64,000 bases of DNA. Origin: Candidatus Saccharimonadota bacterium. GTDB taxonomy: Bacteria; Patescibacteriota; Saccharimonadia; Saccharimonadales; SLHW01. Position 1 is the first letter of the stretch. The number at the start of each line of letters is the position of its first letter. Below are positions 45,052-53,663 of the stretch, in pieces. The stretch is from positions 172,309 through 236,308 of the forward strand of contig JAGXIU010000002.1 of the NCBI GenBank assembly GCA_024635455.1, given 5' to 3'. The position numbers and the translations under genes are program-made. A model generated the notes under the pieces. It was not told the origin of the DNA. It searched no databases and saw nothing but the letters and a program-made list of their open reading frames with translations.

Positions 45052-45068
45052 ATTGTCCTGCCCCCGCT
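45052..45068 (+). repeat. att-like direct repeat, copy 3 (ATTGTCCTGCCCCCGCT)
   Basis: Its last 14 nt match the tRNA-fMet 3' end. All 17 nt, plus the upstream ATGAGCAAAGCGAT-like context, match copy 2. Confidence 0.7.
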
Positions 45069-45150
45069 TCATTTGAACACGCAATTCTACTTGCGTATTC
45101 ATTTTTATACCCACGCCTGATCAAGTTGAGGGTTTTGCCGCATCATGACA

Positions 45151-45178
45151 TTGACTAAAGCCGTCAATATGTTACAAT
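45151..45178 (+). promoter_or_regulatory. Promoter TTGACT-16-TACAAT, 6 nt before the ATG at 45185 (leaderless configuration)
   Basis: Hexamers at 45151-45156 and 45173-45178. Confidence 0.45.
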
Positions 45179-45184
45179 AGCAAT

Positions 45185-45454
45185 ATGAAACACTTTGCAT
45201 ACGCATTACTTAACTTTGTATTACCAGGCTCAGCCTACATATTTTTACGAGAGCGAGTTGTATTCGGCTCTCTCGTACTCGTATCAGAACTTATTTTGTG
45301 GTTTGCGGCATTACCAGCTTCGATAGAGGATGCTGTAAACCAATCACTTGATAACTTTCAGATAGCTGAATGGCTGCCGGTCATTGCTGCTATATTGCTG
45401 TTTTCAGTAGCGTTTGCAGTAGACGCATTTGCTATATCCAAAAATAAGAAGTAA
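45185..45454 (+). CDS. Hypothetical small membrane protein (89 aa)
   Basis: Three hydrophobic segments. Confidence 0.45.
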   Translation: MKHFAYALLNFVLPGSAYIFLRERVVFGSLVLVSELILWFAALPASIEDAVNQSLDNFQIAEWLPVIAAILLFSVAFAVDAFAISKNKK

Positions 45455-45517
45455 ATACAGCCTTACTCTAGTTGTCATATATTTACAAATAAGGCCTAGC
45501 CCCGTAATCTAAATCAT

Positions 45518-45817
45518 ATGTCAGAAGAAAACCAGCAACAATCACCACACCAGGCACCAGTGCCAGACGTGGTGAACAATCCTCAAGGCAGACAAACTGA
45601 ACCTACGGACATCCTAGGTATTATAAGTATTGTTATGGCTTTTGCTGGGATGCAAATCGTAGGCATTATTCTTGGTGTTATCGGTATGAAAAAAGCTAAA
45701 CAAGAGGGTTATCCGGTGACATTATCAAAAGTCGGCTTAATCCTTAACATAGCATTCATACTAGTATTTATTCCGCTCATAGTTTTCTTCGTATTTTTGG
45801 CTTTTGCTTCTAGCTGA
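45518..45817 (+). CDS. DUF4190-like small membrane protein
   Basis: Pro/Gln-rich N-terminus followed by two TM segments (GIISIVMAFAGMQIVGIILGVIGMKKAKQEG). Confidence 0.5.
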   Translation: MSEENQQQSPHQAPVPDVVNNPQGRQTEPTDILGIISIVMAFAGMQIVGIILGVIGMKKAKQEGYPVTLSKVGLILNIAFILVFIPLIVFFVFLAFASS

Positions 45818-45860
45818 GGCTACGAAACAATAGGTAGCAATTGCTTTGGTACGATACTCA

Positions 45861-47561
45861 TCACTCTAAAACGATAGCTTCATGAGAGCGAAGTTGTAAT
45901 CTATCATCGCTGAGTGATGCAGCATTATCCATGTAGCTCGTTATCAGTATTTGTTGGTGCGTGAGGTTATCTTTAATTTGCACATTTTGTAGCTCGTTGG
46001 AGAAGTTTATGACCGATATGGTGTGCTCTGATGCTTTTGTATTAATACGGGCAAAGGCGAAGACTTGGTCGTTGTCTGTTTGTAGCGGGGTATAGGAGCT
46101 ATGCTGCAGTGCTGGATGTGAATTTCGCATTTCAAGCAACGCACTATAGAGCCGCAAAAACGACTGCGGGCTGCCGGCTTGTCGTGCGAGATTCTTTTGT
46201 TTGTAGTCTTTATCAATAGGCAACCAGAGGTATTCTGGCTGGACGAGAGAAAAGCCAGCATTCTGACTGTCATCCCATAGCATTGGCGTGCGTGATTCGT
46301 CACGAAAGCCAAGGAGATCATGTCGCCTTTCAGGCGGGATGGGGACATTAGTAAAACCACCCTCTTCACCGTTATAGAGGAATATATTGCCCGGTAGCGT
46401 TAGGTTAAGCACTGCGACTGATCGAGCTGCTCGCTCTCCCATAACGTCAGGCGAGGCAATTCGTGGTCGATCGTGATTATCACATACCTGGTTGCCGACC
46501 GACTTTTCTGGCAGTAATCGGTAATATTCGTCCAAAAATAATTTATAGTCTTGCGCTTGCCAAGGAATATCTAATGGCGTGAAGTTAAACGAGCTGGAAT
46601 TATGTGGTGAAATGCAATCAATGGCGTGGAGCTTTTCTGGCGGTAAATACGCCTCATAAATGATACGTAAATCAAGCGGATACTCATCTAGCACTGAGCT
46701 TATTTCTGCAAGGTGCTGTGTAAGTTTTGGCATGTAGGCGCCACTATGCTCCAGCTGCAGTTGGTCATAAGGGTTTGGCCATTGCATAGTATCTGCGTCG
46801 CGATCATCTTCGTGATAGTCGCTATTTGGTTGTTCGTCACGAAAGGAAGGGTCTTTGCCCAGATACGGAATAGCGTCGACGCGAAAGCCATCTACTCCAC
46901 GTTGAATCCAAAAGCGCATAATGTCTTTGACGGCGTTACGTACTTCAGGGTTTTCCCAGTTCAGGTCCGGTTGATGCTCCGAAAAGCTATGAAGATAGTA
47001 TTGACCTCGCGCTTCGTGATAAGTCCAAGCTGATACTGGCGGAGTTAGCTCATCTTTAGCGACTGTAATATCACCTTTTTTGCGTCGTTCGTGCTGAATA
47101 CGAGAAAAGACACTCGCCCAATTATTCGGCGGTGAGCCATCTGGTTTTGGGTCTTTCCATATATACCAATCGGATTTGTTGCCACCATCAGCTGAATCCT
47201 GGAACCAAATATGCTTGTCTGACGTGTGGTTTGGCACCAGGTCAACCATGACATTCAGCGAGCGATTGTGCGCTTGCTCTACGAGTTCGTCAAAGTCGCG
47301 CAAACTGCCGGCCATCGGGTCTACGTCACAATGATTTTTGATGTCATAGCCACCATCAATTTGCGGCGACGGGTAGAATGGACAGAGCCACAGCGCGTTT
47401 ATGCCTAGTTTCTTGAGGTAGTCGAGCTTTTCGGTGATACCACGTAAATCCCCTTGACCATTCGGGATTGGTTTCGCGCTCTCGTTGAAGCTCTTGGTAT
47501 ACACCTCGTAAATTACTGCTTGTTGCCAAGGCTGATTATCTGCCTGATTGTTCTTATGCAT
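45861..47561 (-). CDS. GH13 alpha-glucosidase / oligo-1,6-glucosidase family
   Basis: GDLRGITEKLDYLKKLGINALWLCPFY, VDGFRVDAIPYLGK, DNHDRPR: the conserved alpha-amylase-family regions. Confidence 0.9.
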   Translation of the reverse strand: MHKNNQADNQPWQQAVIYEVYTKSFNESAKPIPNGQGDLRGITEKLDYLKKLGINALWLCPFYPSPQIDGGYDIKNHCDVDPMAGSLRDFDELVEQAHNRSLNVMVDLVPNHTSDKHIWFQDSADGGNKSDWYIWKDPKPDGSPPNNWASVFSRIQHERRKKGDITVAKDELTPPVSAWTYHEARGQYYLHSFSEHQPDLNWENPEVRNAVKDIMRFWIQRGVDGFRVDAIPYLGKDPSFRDEQPNSDYHEDDRDADTMQWPNPYDQLQLEHSGAYMPKLTQHLAEISSVLDEYPLDLRIIYEAYLPPEKLHAIDCISPHNSSSFNFTPLDIPWQAQDYKLFLDEYYRLLPEKSVGNQVCDNHDRPRIASPDVMGERAARSVAVLNLTLPGNIFLYNGEEGGFTNVPIPPERRHDLLGFRDESRTPMLWDDSQNAGFSLVQPEYLWLPIDKDYKQKNLARQAGSPQSFLRLYSALLEMRNSHPALQHSSYTPLQTDNDQVFAFARINTKASEHTISVINFSNELQNVQIKDNLTHQQILITSYMDNAASLSDDRLQLRSHEAIVLE

Positions 47562-47727
47562 TAGGTATTACTGTAGCAAATCAATTGCTCATACATGAAG
47601 CTATATAGGCAAGGACGGCTGAAGTGGGGTGGATAGATGGAGCAAAAGCGGCGTTTGTATTATAAAGATGATTGCTCTCATTGGGCGAGGACGTGGCTCC
47701 CGCAGCAGCTACACTCTTGGGTAAATA

Positions 47728-47756
47728 TTGACATAATAACAACAGCATGCTACAGT
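47728..47756 (+). promoter_or_regulatory. Promoter TTGACA-17-TACAGT with a leader of about 100 nt ahead of the DEAD-box helicase gene
   Basis: Hexamers at 47728-47733 and 47751-47756. Confidence 0.45.
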
Positions 47757-47859
47757 GGGTGCTATTGTTTGACAGATCCGAGTTTGTAGCCGAATTACTT
47801 TGATCTCATTAGAACAATCGAAGTAATTAACTAACTACATACAATAAGGATTTTTTTTT

Positions 47860-49065
47860 ATGCCATATGTTTACCGTTCCTCACGTGCCCCATCAGCGAG
47901 ACATCGCGGTGGTGGACGTAACAAAAAACAACAACGCAACAAAAACCGTGGGGCTGGTCAATACATTGACCCGCGTCGCTTCGTACAGGTTGCCACAGCA
48001 GCAAACGAAGAAGCGTATAACGCAAAGCACAGCTTTAGCGATTTTCCGTTTGCGAAAATTTTACAAGACAACCTAACGTCTAAAGGTTATGAGACGCCAT
48101 CACCGATTCAAGACCAGGCGATACCTGCAGCGATTGCCGGTAGAGACGTTATCGGTATTGCGAGTACCGGAACTGGTAAAACCGCAGCTTTTGCTTTGCC
48201 AATTTTGCAGAGACTGATTACTGAGCCGAAGTCTGCAGCGCTGATTGTTGCACCGACCAGAGAACTTGCTCAGCAAATCGAACAAGAGTGCAAGGAGTTA
48301 GCAAAGGGAAGTGGCCTATTTGGGGCATTACTCATTGGTGGCTCGAGTATGGGTGCGCAGTTACGTGATTTACGTGATAAGCCACGCATCGTTATTGGCA
48401 CGCCAGGAAGAATCAAGGATCACCTGCAGCGCGGCACCTTGAAGCTACATAACTTCAACACAGTCGTCCTCGATGAGGTAGACCGTATGCTGGACATGGG
48501 CTTTGTGCACGATGTGACTGAAATTCTCAAGCACGCGAGCAGTGATCGACAATCGTTTTTCTTTTCCGCTACGATGGATAACCGGGTCCGCGGACTGATT
48601 GAAGCTTTCACAAGTGACCCAGTTTCGATTGCTATAAAGGCAAGCGCTACAAGTGACAGTGTGCACCAAGACGTACTAGAGTTTCAGAATTCTAGTGACA
48701 AAATTGATAAATTGCATGACCTTTTGATAAAAAACGAAGTCTCTAAAGTGATTGTATTCAACGAGACACAGCGCAATGTTGAACGCCTACACAGAGACCT
48801 CAACGATAGAGGCTTCAAGACCGAAGCTATCCATGGTGGCAAAACGCAGGGTCAGCGCCAAAAAGCACTGAGTAGATTCAAAAACAACCAGGTGCCAATT
48901 CTTGTCGCTACCGATGTAGCTGCTCGAGGGCTGGACGTCTCAGATATTACTCACGTCGTAAACTACTCTATTCCGAAAACCTACGACGACTACATTCACC
49001 GCGTTGGCCGAGCTGGCCGAGCTGGTCAAATTGGCTACGCCTTCACTTTTGTGCCGCAGCAGTAA
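47860..49065 (+). CDS. DEAD-box ATP-dependent RNA helicase
   Basis: Q motif (PSPIQDQAIP), ASTGTGKTAAFALP, DEVD box (VLDEVDRML), SAT, HRVGRAGRAG. Arg/Lys-rich N-terminal extension. Confidence 0.9.
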   Translation: MPYVYRSSRAPSARHRGGGRNKKQQRNKNRGAGQYIDPRRFVQVATAANEEAYNAKHSFSDFPFAKILQDNLTSKGYETPSPIQDQAIPAAIAGRDVIGIASTGTGKTAAFALPILQRLITEPKSAALIVAPTRELAQQIEQECKELAKGSGLFGALLIGGSSMGAQLRDLRDKPRIVIGTPGRIKDHLQRGTLKLHNFNTVVLDEVDRMLDMGFVHDVTEILKHASSDRQSFFFSATMDNRVRGLIEAFTSDPVSIAIKASATSDSVHQDVLEFQNSSDKIDKLHDLLIKNEVSKVIVFNETQRNVERLHRDLNDRGFKTEAIHGGKTQGQRQKALSRFKNNQVPILVATDVAARGLDVSDITHVVNYSIPKTYDDYIHRVGRAGRAGQIGYAFTFVPQQ

Positions 49066-49092
49066 CCAGAGTGCGAAAAAATCTGTCGCAAT

Positions 49093-49127
49093 AAAAAACC
49101 TAAGGTCGTTACAACCTTAGGTTTTTT
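49093..49127. terminator. Bidirectional rho-independent terminator
   Basis: AAAAAACCTAAGGT-cgttaca-ACCTTAGGTTTTTT between convergent genes. Confidence 0.8.
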
Positions 49128-49171
49128 GTGTTTACCGCAATAGTTAGGATTAAGACCTAATACACTTTTCC

Positions 49172-49777
49172 TTACTCGTTACCTTCTTCAGTAACGCTTA
49201 GCGTATAACTTGTGGTGTCATCGGTGTCTTGGTTGATGGTTACGCCAACACGTATTCCATCGTTATGCACCGCAGACACACTACTGCTGGTACCTGACTC
49301 AAAGCTTGATTGTGAGTCCCAGTCATCGCTATCGAACTCTGACTCGTAGTAATCGTAGACCTCTTCAGCCGAACGGCTGGTCGAAAATGATACTGACCAG
49401 ATTGTGCCACCATCTTGGGTGAAGCGCGAAGAGCCGACTATATCATCACCATCAAGTAATGGTACTTGTGCTGGAAAGTTGTCTGGCAGTTCTTGCGTTT
49501 GCGTGGAGCTAAAGTTGCCATCTTCTGACTCTATGGTGACGCCGTCGTCTGAAACCTCGATGTTCTCGCTGTCAGTCACATCTTCAAGGATTGAGGTTCC
49601 AATCTTTGAACCTGCATAACCGAGCAATGCTATACCGATGATACCGAGTATAACCACTACACCAACGACGATGAGTATTATTTTAACGGTCTTTTTTTGG
49701 CTATCACTAGCTGGCTCTGGCTGTGGTGATTGTCCAGCTTGGTTATTGTTGTTTTGAGTTGGATTATTGTCTGCCAT
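49172..49777 (-). CDS. Hypothetical membrane-anchored acidic protein
   Basis: Asn/Gln-rich N-terminus and TM segment IILIVVGVVVILGIIGIALLG. Confidence 0.5.
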   Translation of the reverse strand: MADNNPTQNNNNQAGQSPQPEPASDSQKKTVKIILIVVGVVVILGIIGIALLGYAGSKIGTSILEDVTDSENIEVSDDGVTIESEDGNFSSTQTQELPDNFPAQVPLLDGDDIVGSSRFTQDGGTIWSVSFSTSRSAEEVYDYYESEFDSDDWDSQSSFESGTSSSVSAVHNDGIRVGVTINQDTDDTTSYTLSVTEEGNE

Positions 49778-49799
49778 TGCCGTACACTCCTCGCTTACA

Positions 49800-50165
49800 T
49801 TATTTTATTATGTCAAATCCGCCAATGAGGGGAAGACGTTGCATTTTCTTATTGAGTGCGTTCACGAGACCCATAACAAATAGCACCAAGGTAAATATGT
49901 TACCTAGTGGTAAGATTATGAACCAACCTATGAGCGGTATAGCAGCGCCGACAGTATTAATAATAATGCCCGCTATAAGCAGTAGTAAACCCTGATTGGC
50001 GTGGAACTTGCCAAATTGACTATCTGGATTGGTGACGAGAGGCAGGAAAAAAAGAATGCCTACATAGGCTAATGCAGCCATAACTTTTACTTGATCTATA
50101 TCCTCGGCTCCCTGATTTGTGTTGTTTGTTGTGTCATTATTACCCTTAGACGTGTCGTCTGCCAT
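49800..50165 (-). CDS. DUF4870-like membrane protein
   Basis: MAALAYVGILFFLPLV...FHANQGLLLLIAG pattern. Confidence 0.55.
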   Translation of the reverse strand: MADDTSKGNNDTTNNTNQGAEDIDQVKVMAALAYVGILFFLPLVTNPDSQFGKFHANQGLLLLIAGIIINTVGAAIPLIGWFIILPLGNIFTLVLFVMGLVNALNKKMQRLPLIGGFDIIK

Positions 50166-50304
50166 GATATCTCCTCCTTATTTATGCTATTAATTATATC
50201 ATTTCAGGCAATAGCTGCAGGAGAGGGTGCCGATACAGACATGAAAATAACAGAATAGTAACGAATGTTTTACACATCGCTTTAACCGCGCTATGATTTG
50301 AATC

Positions 50305-51564
50305 ATGTATAGCGTAAAACAAAACTCAGGGATGTTATCAGAGCGTATGCGGACAGTCCTTTTTACGTTCTTTTGGGTCATATTGCTTGGTGTGCCAAGT
50401 GGACTAGTTATCTATGGCGGTTTTTTCCAAGAGGTCCCAGCAGTAGAGGCAGATATGTACACGCTAGAAACCGTTCCAGGAGAAGCTGTGACGCTAGAGT
50501 GGCCAATCAATGGCATAGCAGCTATTGGAGCAGAAGGGTATGGCGTATTGGGAGAATCTGAGTCAGTGAACGAGTCAGTTCCGATAGCGAGCATCTCAAA
50601 GTTGTTTCTGGCTCTAGCCATCATGGAGGTGCGACCGTTTGCGCTCGGCGAGGACGGTGAACGTATTACTATGAGTCAAGCAGATGAAGACTTGTATAAC
50701 AGCTATGTTAGTCGTGGCGGATCGGCATATCCGGTAAGCGCAGGACAGCAGTTTACGCAGTATCAAGCCATGCAAGCACTGTTGATACCCTCTGCAAACA
50801 ACATGGCAGATACACTCGCCACCTGGGCATTTGGCTCCATGGAAGGATACCTAGAATATGCCGATACTATGGTGTCTGGCATGGGATTAGAGCAAACCAC
50901 ACTTGCAGATGCGAGTGGTTTTTCACCTGCGTCTGTCAGCACGCCAGCCGAACTTGTCTTAACTGGTCAGGCAGCACTTGAGAATGAAGTAATTGCAGAT
51001 ATCGTTGCCCGACAACAGGCACAAATATATCCTGGAGTAGAAACAGTCTTTAGCACAAATCAGTTGCTAAGCAATCCGAACGTTGTTGGCATAAAAACTG
51101 GAACAACTGATGAGGCAGGCGCTAACCTTTTATTCGCTGCACGTCACGCGCTTACGGAGACAAGTGAGGCAACGATTGTCGGTGTAGTAATGGGGCAACC
51201 TGATAAGACCGTGTTATATCAGGAGGCACAATCGTTGCTACAAAGCGCTTACCGAGGGTTTGGCTTCATAGAAGTACTGGCTGAGGGTGCAGTTGTCGGA
51301 GCGTACCAGGCACCATGGATGAATGAATCTGAATCTATCCCAATAGTGTCTTCTGGTGGGGCAGTTGTGCCCGCCTGGATAGGCGCAGATATAACACCAG
51401 TTGCTGAGGCGGAGTCACTTGAGTCAGGGAATGTACCCGGCGAACAAATCGGAACGGCTCGCATTGAGCATGGACCTGAAACAACGTCGGTCCCACTGGT
51501 GACACAAGGCGCAATCCCTGAACCATCATTCTGGTGGAAAGTCCGGAACATTTTCTCACGTTAA
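50305..51564 (+). CDS. D-alanyl-D-alanine carboxypeptidase (S11 PBP5/6-like)
   Basis: SxxK (ASISKLF), SxN (PSANN) and KTG (KTGTTDEAG) motifs, plus an N-terminal TM anchor. Confidence 0.8.
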   Translation: MYSVKQNSGMLSERMRTVLFTFFWVILLGVPSGLVIYGGFFQEVPAVEADMYTLETVPGEAVTLEWPINGIAAIGAEGYGVLGESESVNESVPIASISKLFLALAIMEVRPFALGEDGERITMSQADEDLYNSYVSRGGSAYPVSAGQQFTQYQAMQALLIPSANNMADTLATWAFGSMEGYLEYADTMVSGMGLEQTTLADASGFSPASVSTPAELVLTGQAALENEVIADIVARQQAQIYPGVETVFSTNQLLSNPNVVGIKTGTTDEAGANLLFAARHALTETSEATIVGVVMGQPDKTVLYQEAQSLLQSAYRGFGFIEVLAEGAVVGAYQAPWMNESESIPIVSSGGAVVPAWIGADITPVAEAESLESGNVPGEQIGTARIEHGPETTSVPLVTQGAIPEPSFWWKVRNIFSR

Positions 51565-51599
51565 GCAGTTCGTTACCAGTAGCGGTAATCCAATACATG

Positions 51600-51632
51600 A
51601 TAAACCCGACATACTATAGTGTGTCGGGTTTA
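51600..51632. repeat. Conserved palindromic hairpin element, copy 4
   Basis: ATAAACCCGACATACTATAGTGTGTCGGGTTTA, located 36 nt downstream of the carboxypeptidase gene. Confidence 0.8.
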
Positions 51633-51693
51633 TTCCAAGCTAGTAAGCTGTTTGTACTGCCGTGGAGTTACGTAGTAAAATAGAAAACAACAC

Positions 51694-51861
51694 ATGAAAA
51701 AAATTACCGACGAATCAATCAAGTCACGGCTCATGCTGATTGTTGCATTTATCGTTTCTATGGCAGTCGGCTACCTACTGGTTTCGCAATTTCAGCAATC
51801 GATACTACGTGCCTGGATTAACGGTCCTGGGACGTCACAATCTACCGAACAAGTTAATTAG
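51694..51861 (+). CDS. Small membrane protein ORF (55 aa)
   Basis: ATG ORF under 60 aa, so absent from the track. Central hydrophobic segment LMLIVAFIVSMAVGYLLV. Confidence 0.3.
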   Translation: MKKITDESIKSRLMLIVAFIVSMAVGYLLVSQFQQSILRAWINGPGTSQSTEQVN

Positions 51862-51975
51862 GGTTCGACAAAAAGCCGTAGCCACCACATAGAATCAATG
51901 GTCCACCAAACAGTGGCAGAGTTGATAGTCGACCCACTCTATCTGTCATAGATACGAAGCATTGTTTAGACGTAT

Positions 51976-52009
51976 AAAAAATACCGGGACTTTCGCCCCG
52001 GTATTTTAT
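51976..52009. terminator. Bidirectional terminator hairpin
   Basis: AAAAAATACCGGG-actttcgc-CCCGGTATTTTA. Confidence 0.65.
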
Positions 52010-52375
52010 GTGACTCGTCTGTAGCTACAAACTGTGTGCTCAGAGTTTCTTGAGTAATTTATCAATTCTCAGAAACGATGTGTTCGCTGCTGGTGCATAC
52101 TCATATGCAAGCTTTGACATGAAACCTCCTGCTGTTTTGTTTTTTTGTATGTTTGTTTTACGCGAAAAACTAATTATAATTATACACATAAATATAGATT
52201 TGTCAAGTACGTGATTGTTTTATACCGTCAGATATGCTTTAATACTAGAGCAGGATCTTACACAGTTAGTAGCAGTGGTAGTTATTGTTCCTTGTTTTGT
52301 ACAGAACAGACCATGCCAAATGAAAGCAAGACTCGTAAGAGGTCGACCTGTTCGTTACTAATTAAGGAAAAATAC

Positions 52376-52672
52376 ATGTATAAGTTATTTGTAGGTGGTT
52401 TGCCATTTAGCACAACTGAAGATGAGCTAAAAGATGCATTCGGTGCCCATGGTACTGTTGCAAGCGCAAAGATAATCACCGACCGTGACACCGGTCGTAG
52501 CAAAGGCTTTGGCTTTGTCGAGTTTGAAAACGAAGACGAAGGTAAAGAAGCTGAAAAAGCTATGAACGGCAGCGACATGGGCGGACGATCACTCACAGTG
52601 AACGAAGCTCGTCCTATGGAAAAGCGTGAACCTCGCCATGACAATGGTGGCGGCAATCGCCGAAGCTGGTAG
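52376..52672 (+). CDS. RRM-type (RNP-1/RNP-2) RNA-binding protein
   Basis: RNP-2 KLFVGGLPF, RNP-1 KGFGFVEF, Gly/Arg-rich tail. The ATG at 52376 follows an AAGGA RBS. The longer track ORF start at 52145 is unlikely. Confidence 0.85.
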   Translation: MYKLFVGGLPFSTTEDELKDAFGAHGTVASAKIITDRDTGRSKGFGFVEFENEDEGKEAEKAMNGSDMGGRSLTVNEARPMEKREPRHDNGGGNRRSW

Positions 52673-52783
52673 TTCTTCTACTGCTAAAATTACTCCTCTC
52701 ATTGCGAGAGGAGTTTTTATTTTATGAATAAAAAGTGGTAAGATGTCAAGCAACACTAGGAAAAGTGAAAGCACATCAAGCCT

Positions 52784-53347
52784 ATGCTGTATCGAGTAAG
52801 TCCTGAATACTCAAAACCACCCGTACAATTTAAACCAGAAGCGGATGATAGTCCCGATGTTATGAGTCTGCAAGTGGGGTACAGTTACGCATGCATAGGC
52901 ACAGCACTTTCATTAATTGATCTCCTGAATAACTCCGATGAAAATAGCGAGTCGATTAAGACGCAATTAGGCAACGGTTTTACCATGTGGTCAGGTACCG
53001 AAACATCTGGTAACCGATCTTTGACATTTATATACGAAGAGATGCACGATGTACAGTTCGAGAAAGACACGTTATCAATGCTCTGGGTGACGCAACCAGA
53101 TATGGGTGGCTTAAAGCCTTGCTACTTGATAACCAGAAACCAGGAGGGTGGCCCTGTTGTACACCGTTACTCGTCTCGAAAAGGCTGGCACACTCCTTCT
53201 GCTCGCAATATGAAAAAGATATTTCACAATACCATGCTCCCTCTTGATAAAAGCCAAAACGTCGTCGGCAGGCTAGCTGTATTACGAAAGCAAGACAGCG
53301 CTTACTTTCAGCGTACGCTCGAAGAGTTTCCAGAAGATCGACTGTAA
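52784..53347 (+). CDS. Hypothetical protein (187 aa)
   Basis: Intact ORF with no motif, ending at the edge of the tRNA-associated repeat. Confidence 0.4.
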   Translation: MLYRVSPEYSKPPVQFKPEADDSPDVMSLQVGYSYACIGTALSLIDLLNNSDENSESIKTQLGNGFTMWSGTETSGNRSLTFIYEEMHDVQFEKDTLSMLWVTQPDMGGLKPCYLITRNQEGGPVVHRYSSRKGWHTPSARNMKKIFHNTMLPLDKSQNVVGRLAVLRKQDSAYFQRTLEEFPEDRL

Positions 53348-53354
53348 ACAGGAC

Positions 53355-53474
53355 TAAGATTTGACTATTTTCTGCGACCTCACTGAGGTCATGGGCGTAA
53401 TCACCCATCCTCCAGCCAATGAAAAGACCCCGCAAAACGGGGTCCTTACATTGGTAGCAGGGGCGAGAATTGAA
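53355..53474. repeat. 120-bp direct repeat, copy A (23-nt tRNA 3' end plus 97-nt downstream flank including the terminator)
   Basis: 118/120 identical to 53544-53663, with an offset of 189 bp. Confidence 0.85.
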
Positions 53475-53543
53475 ACAACATACGATGGTAGACTCCGCCG
53501 GTTGGCTGATTCCACCATCTATTATAAAAAGTAAAATCTCACT

Positions 53544-53663
53544 TAAGATTTGACTATTTTCTGCGACCTCACTGAGGTCATGGGCGTAATCACCCATCCT
53601 CCGACCAATGAAAAGACCCCGCAAAACGGGGTCCTTACATTGGTAGCAGGGGCGAGAATTGAA
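53544..53663. repeat. 120-bp direct repeat, copy B (overlaps the 3' end of the intact tRNA)
   Basis: See copy A. The only difference is AG versus GA at 53414-53415 / 53603-53604. Confidence 0.85.

Larger units (their letters stand above)
39694..45068. mobile_element. Integrase-less genomic island(s) at the tRNA-fMet 3' end: a 188-bp remnant plus an accessory segment of about 5.2 kb
   Basis: Three direct copies of the tRNA 3' end delimit two segments. The interior holds accessory-type genes and has no recombinase ORF. Confidence 0.55.

Noticed and set aside
53028-53624. 198-aa minus-strand ORF spanning the tRNA-associated repeat.
   Set aside because: Its length comes from reading through two copies of the 120-bp repeat, so the same peptide appears twice. 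It also overlaps the 52784..53347 ORF in antisense and covers a partial tRNA and terminators.
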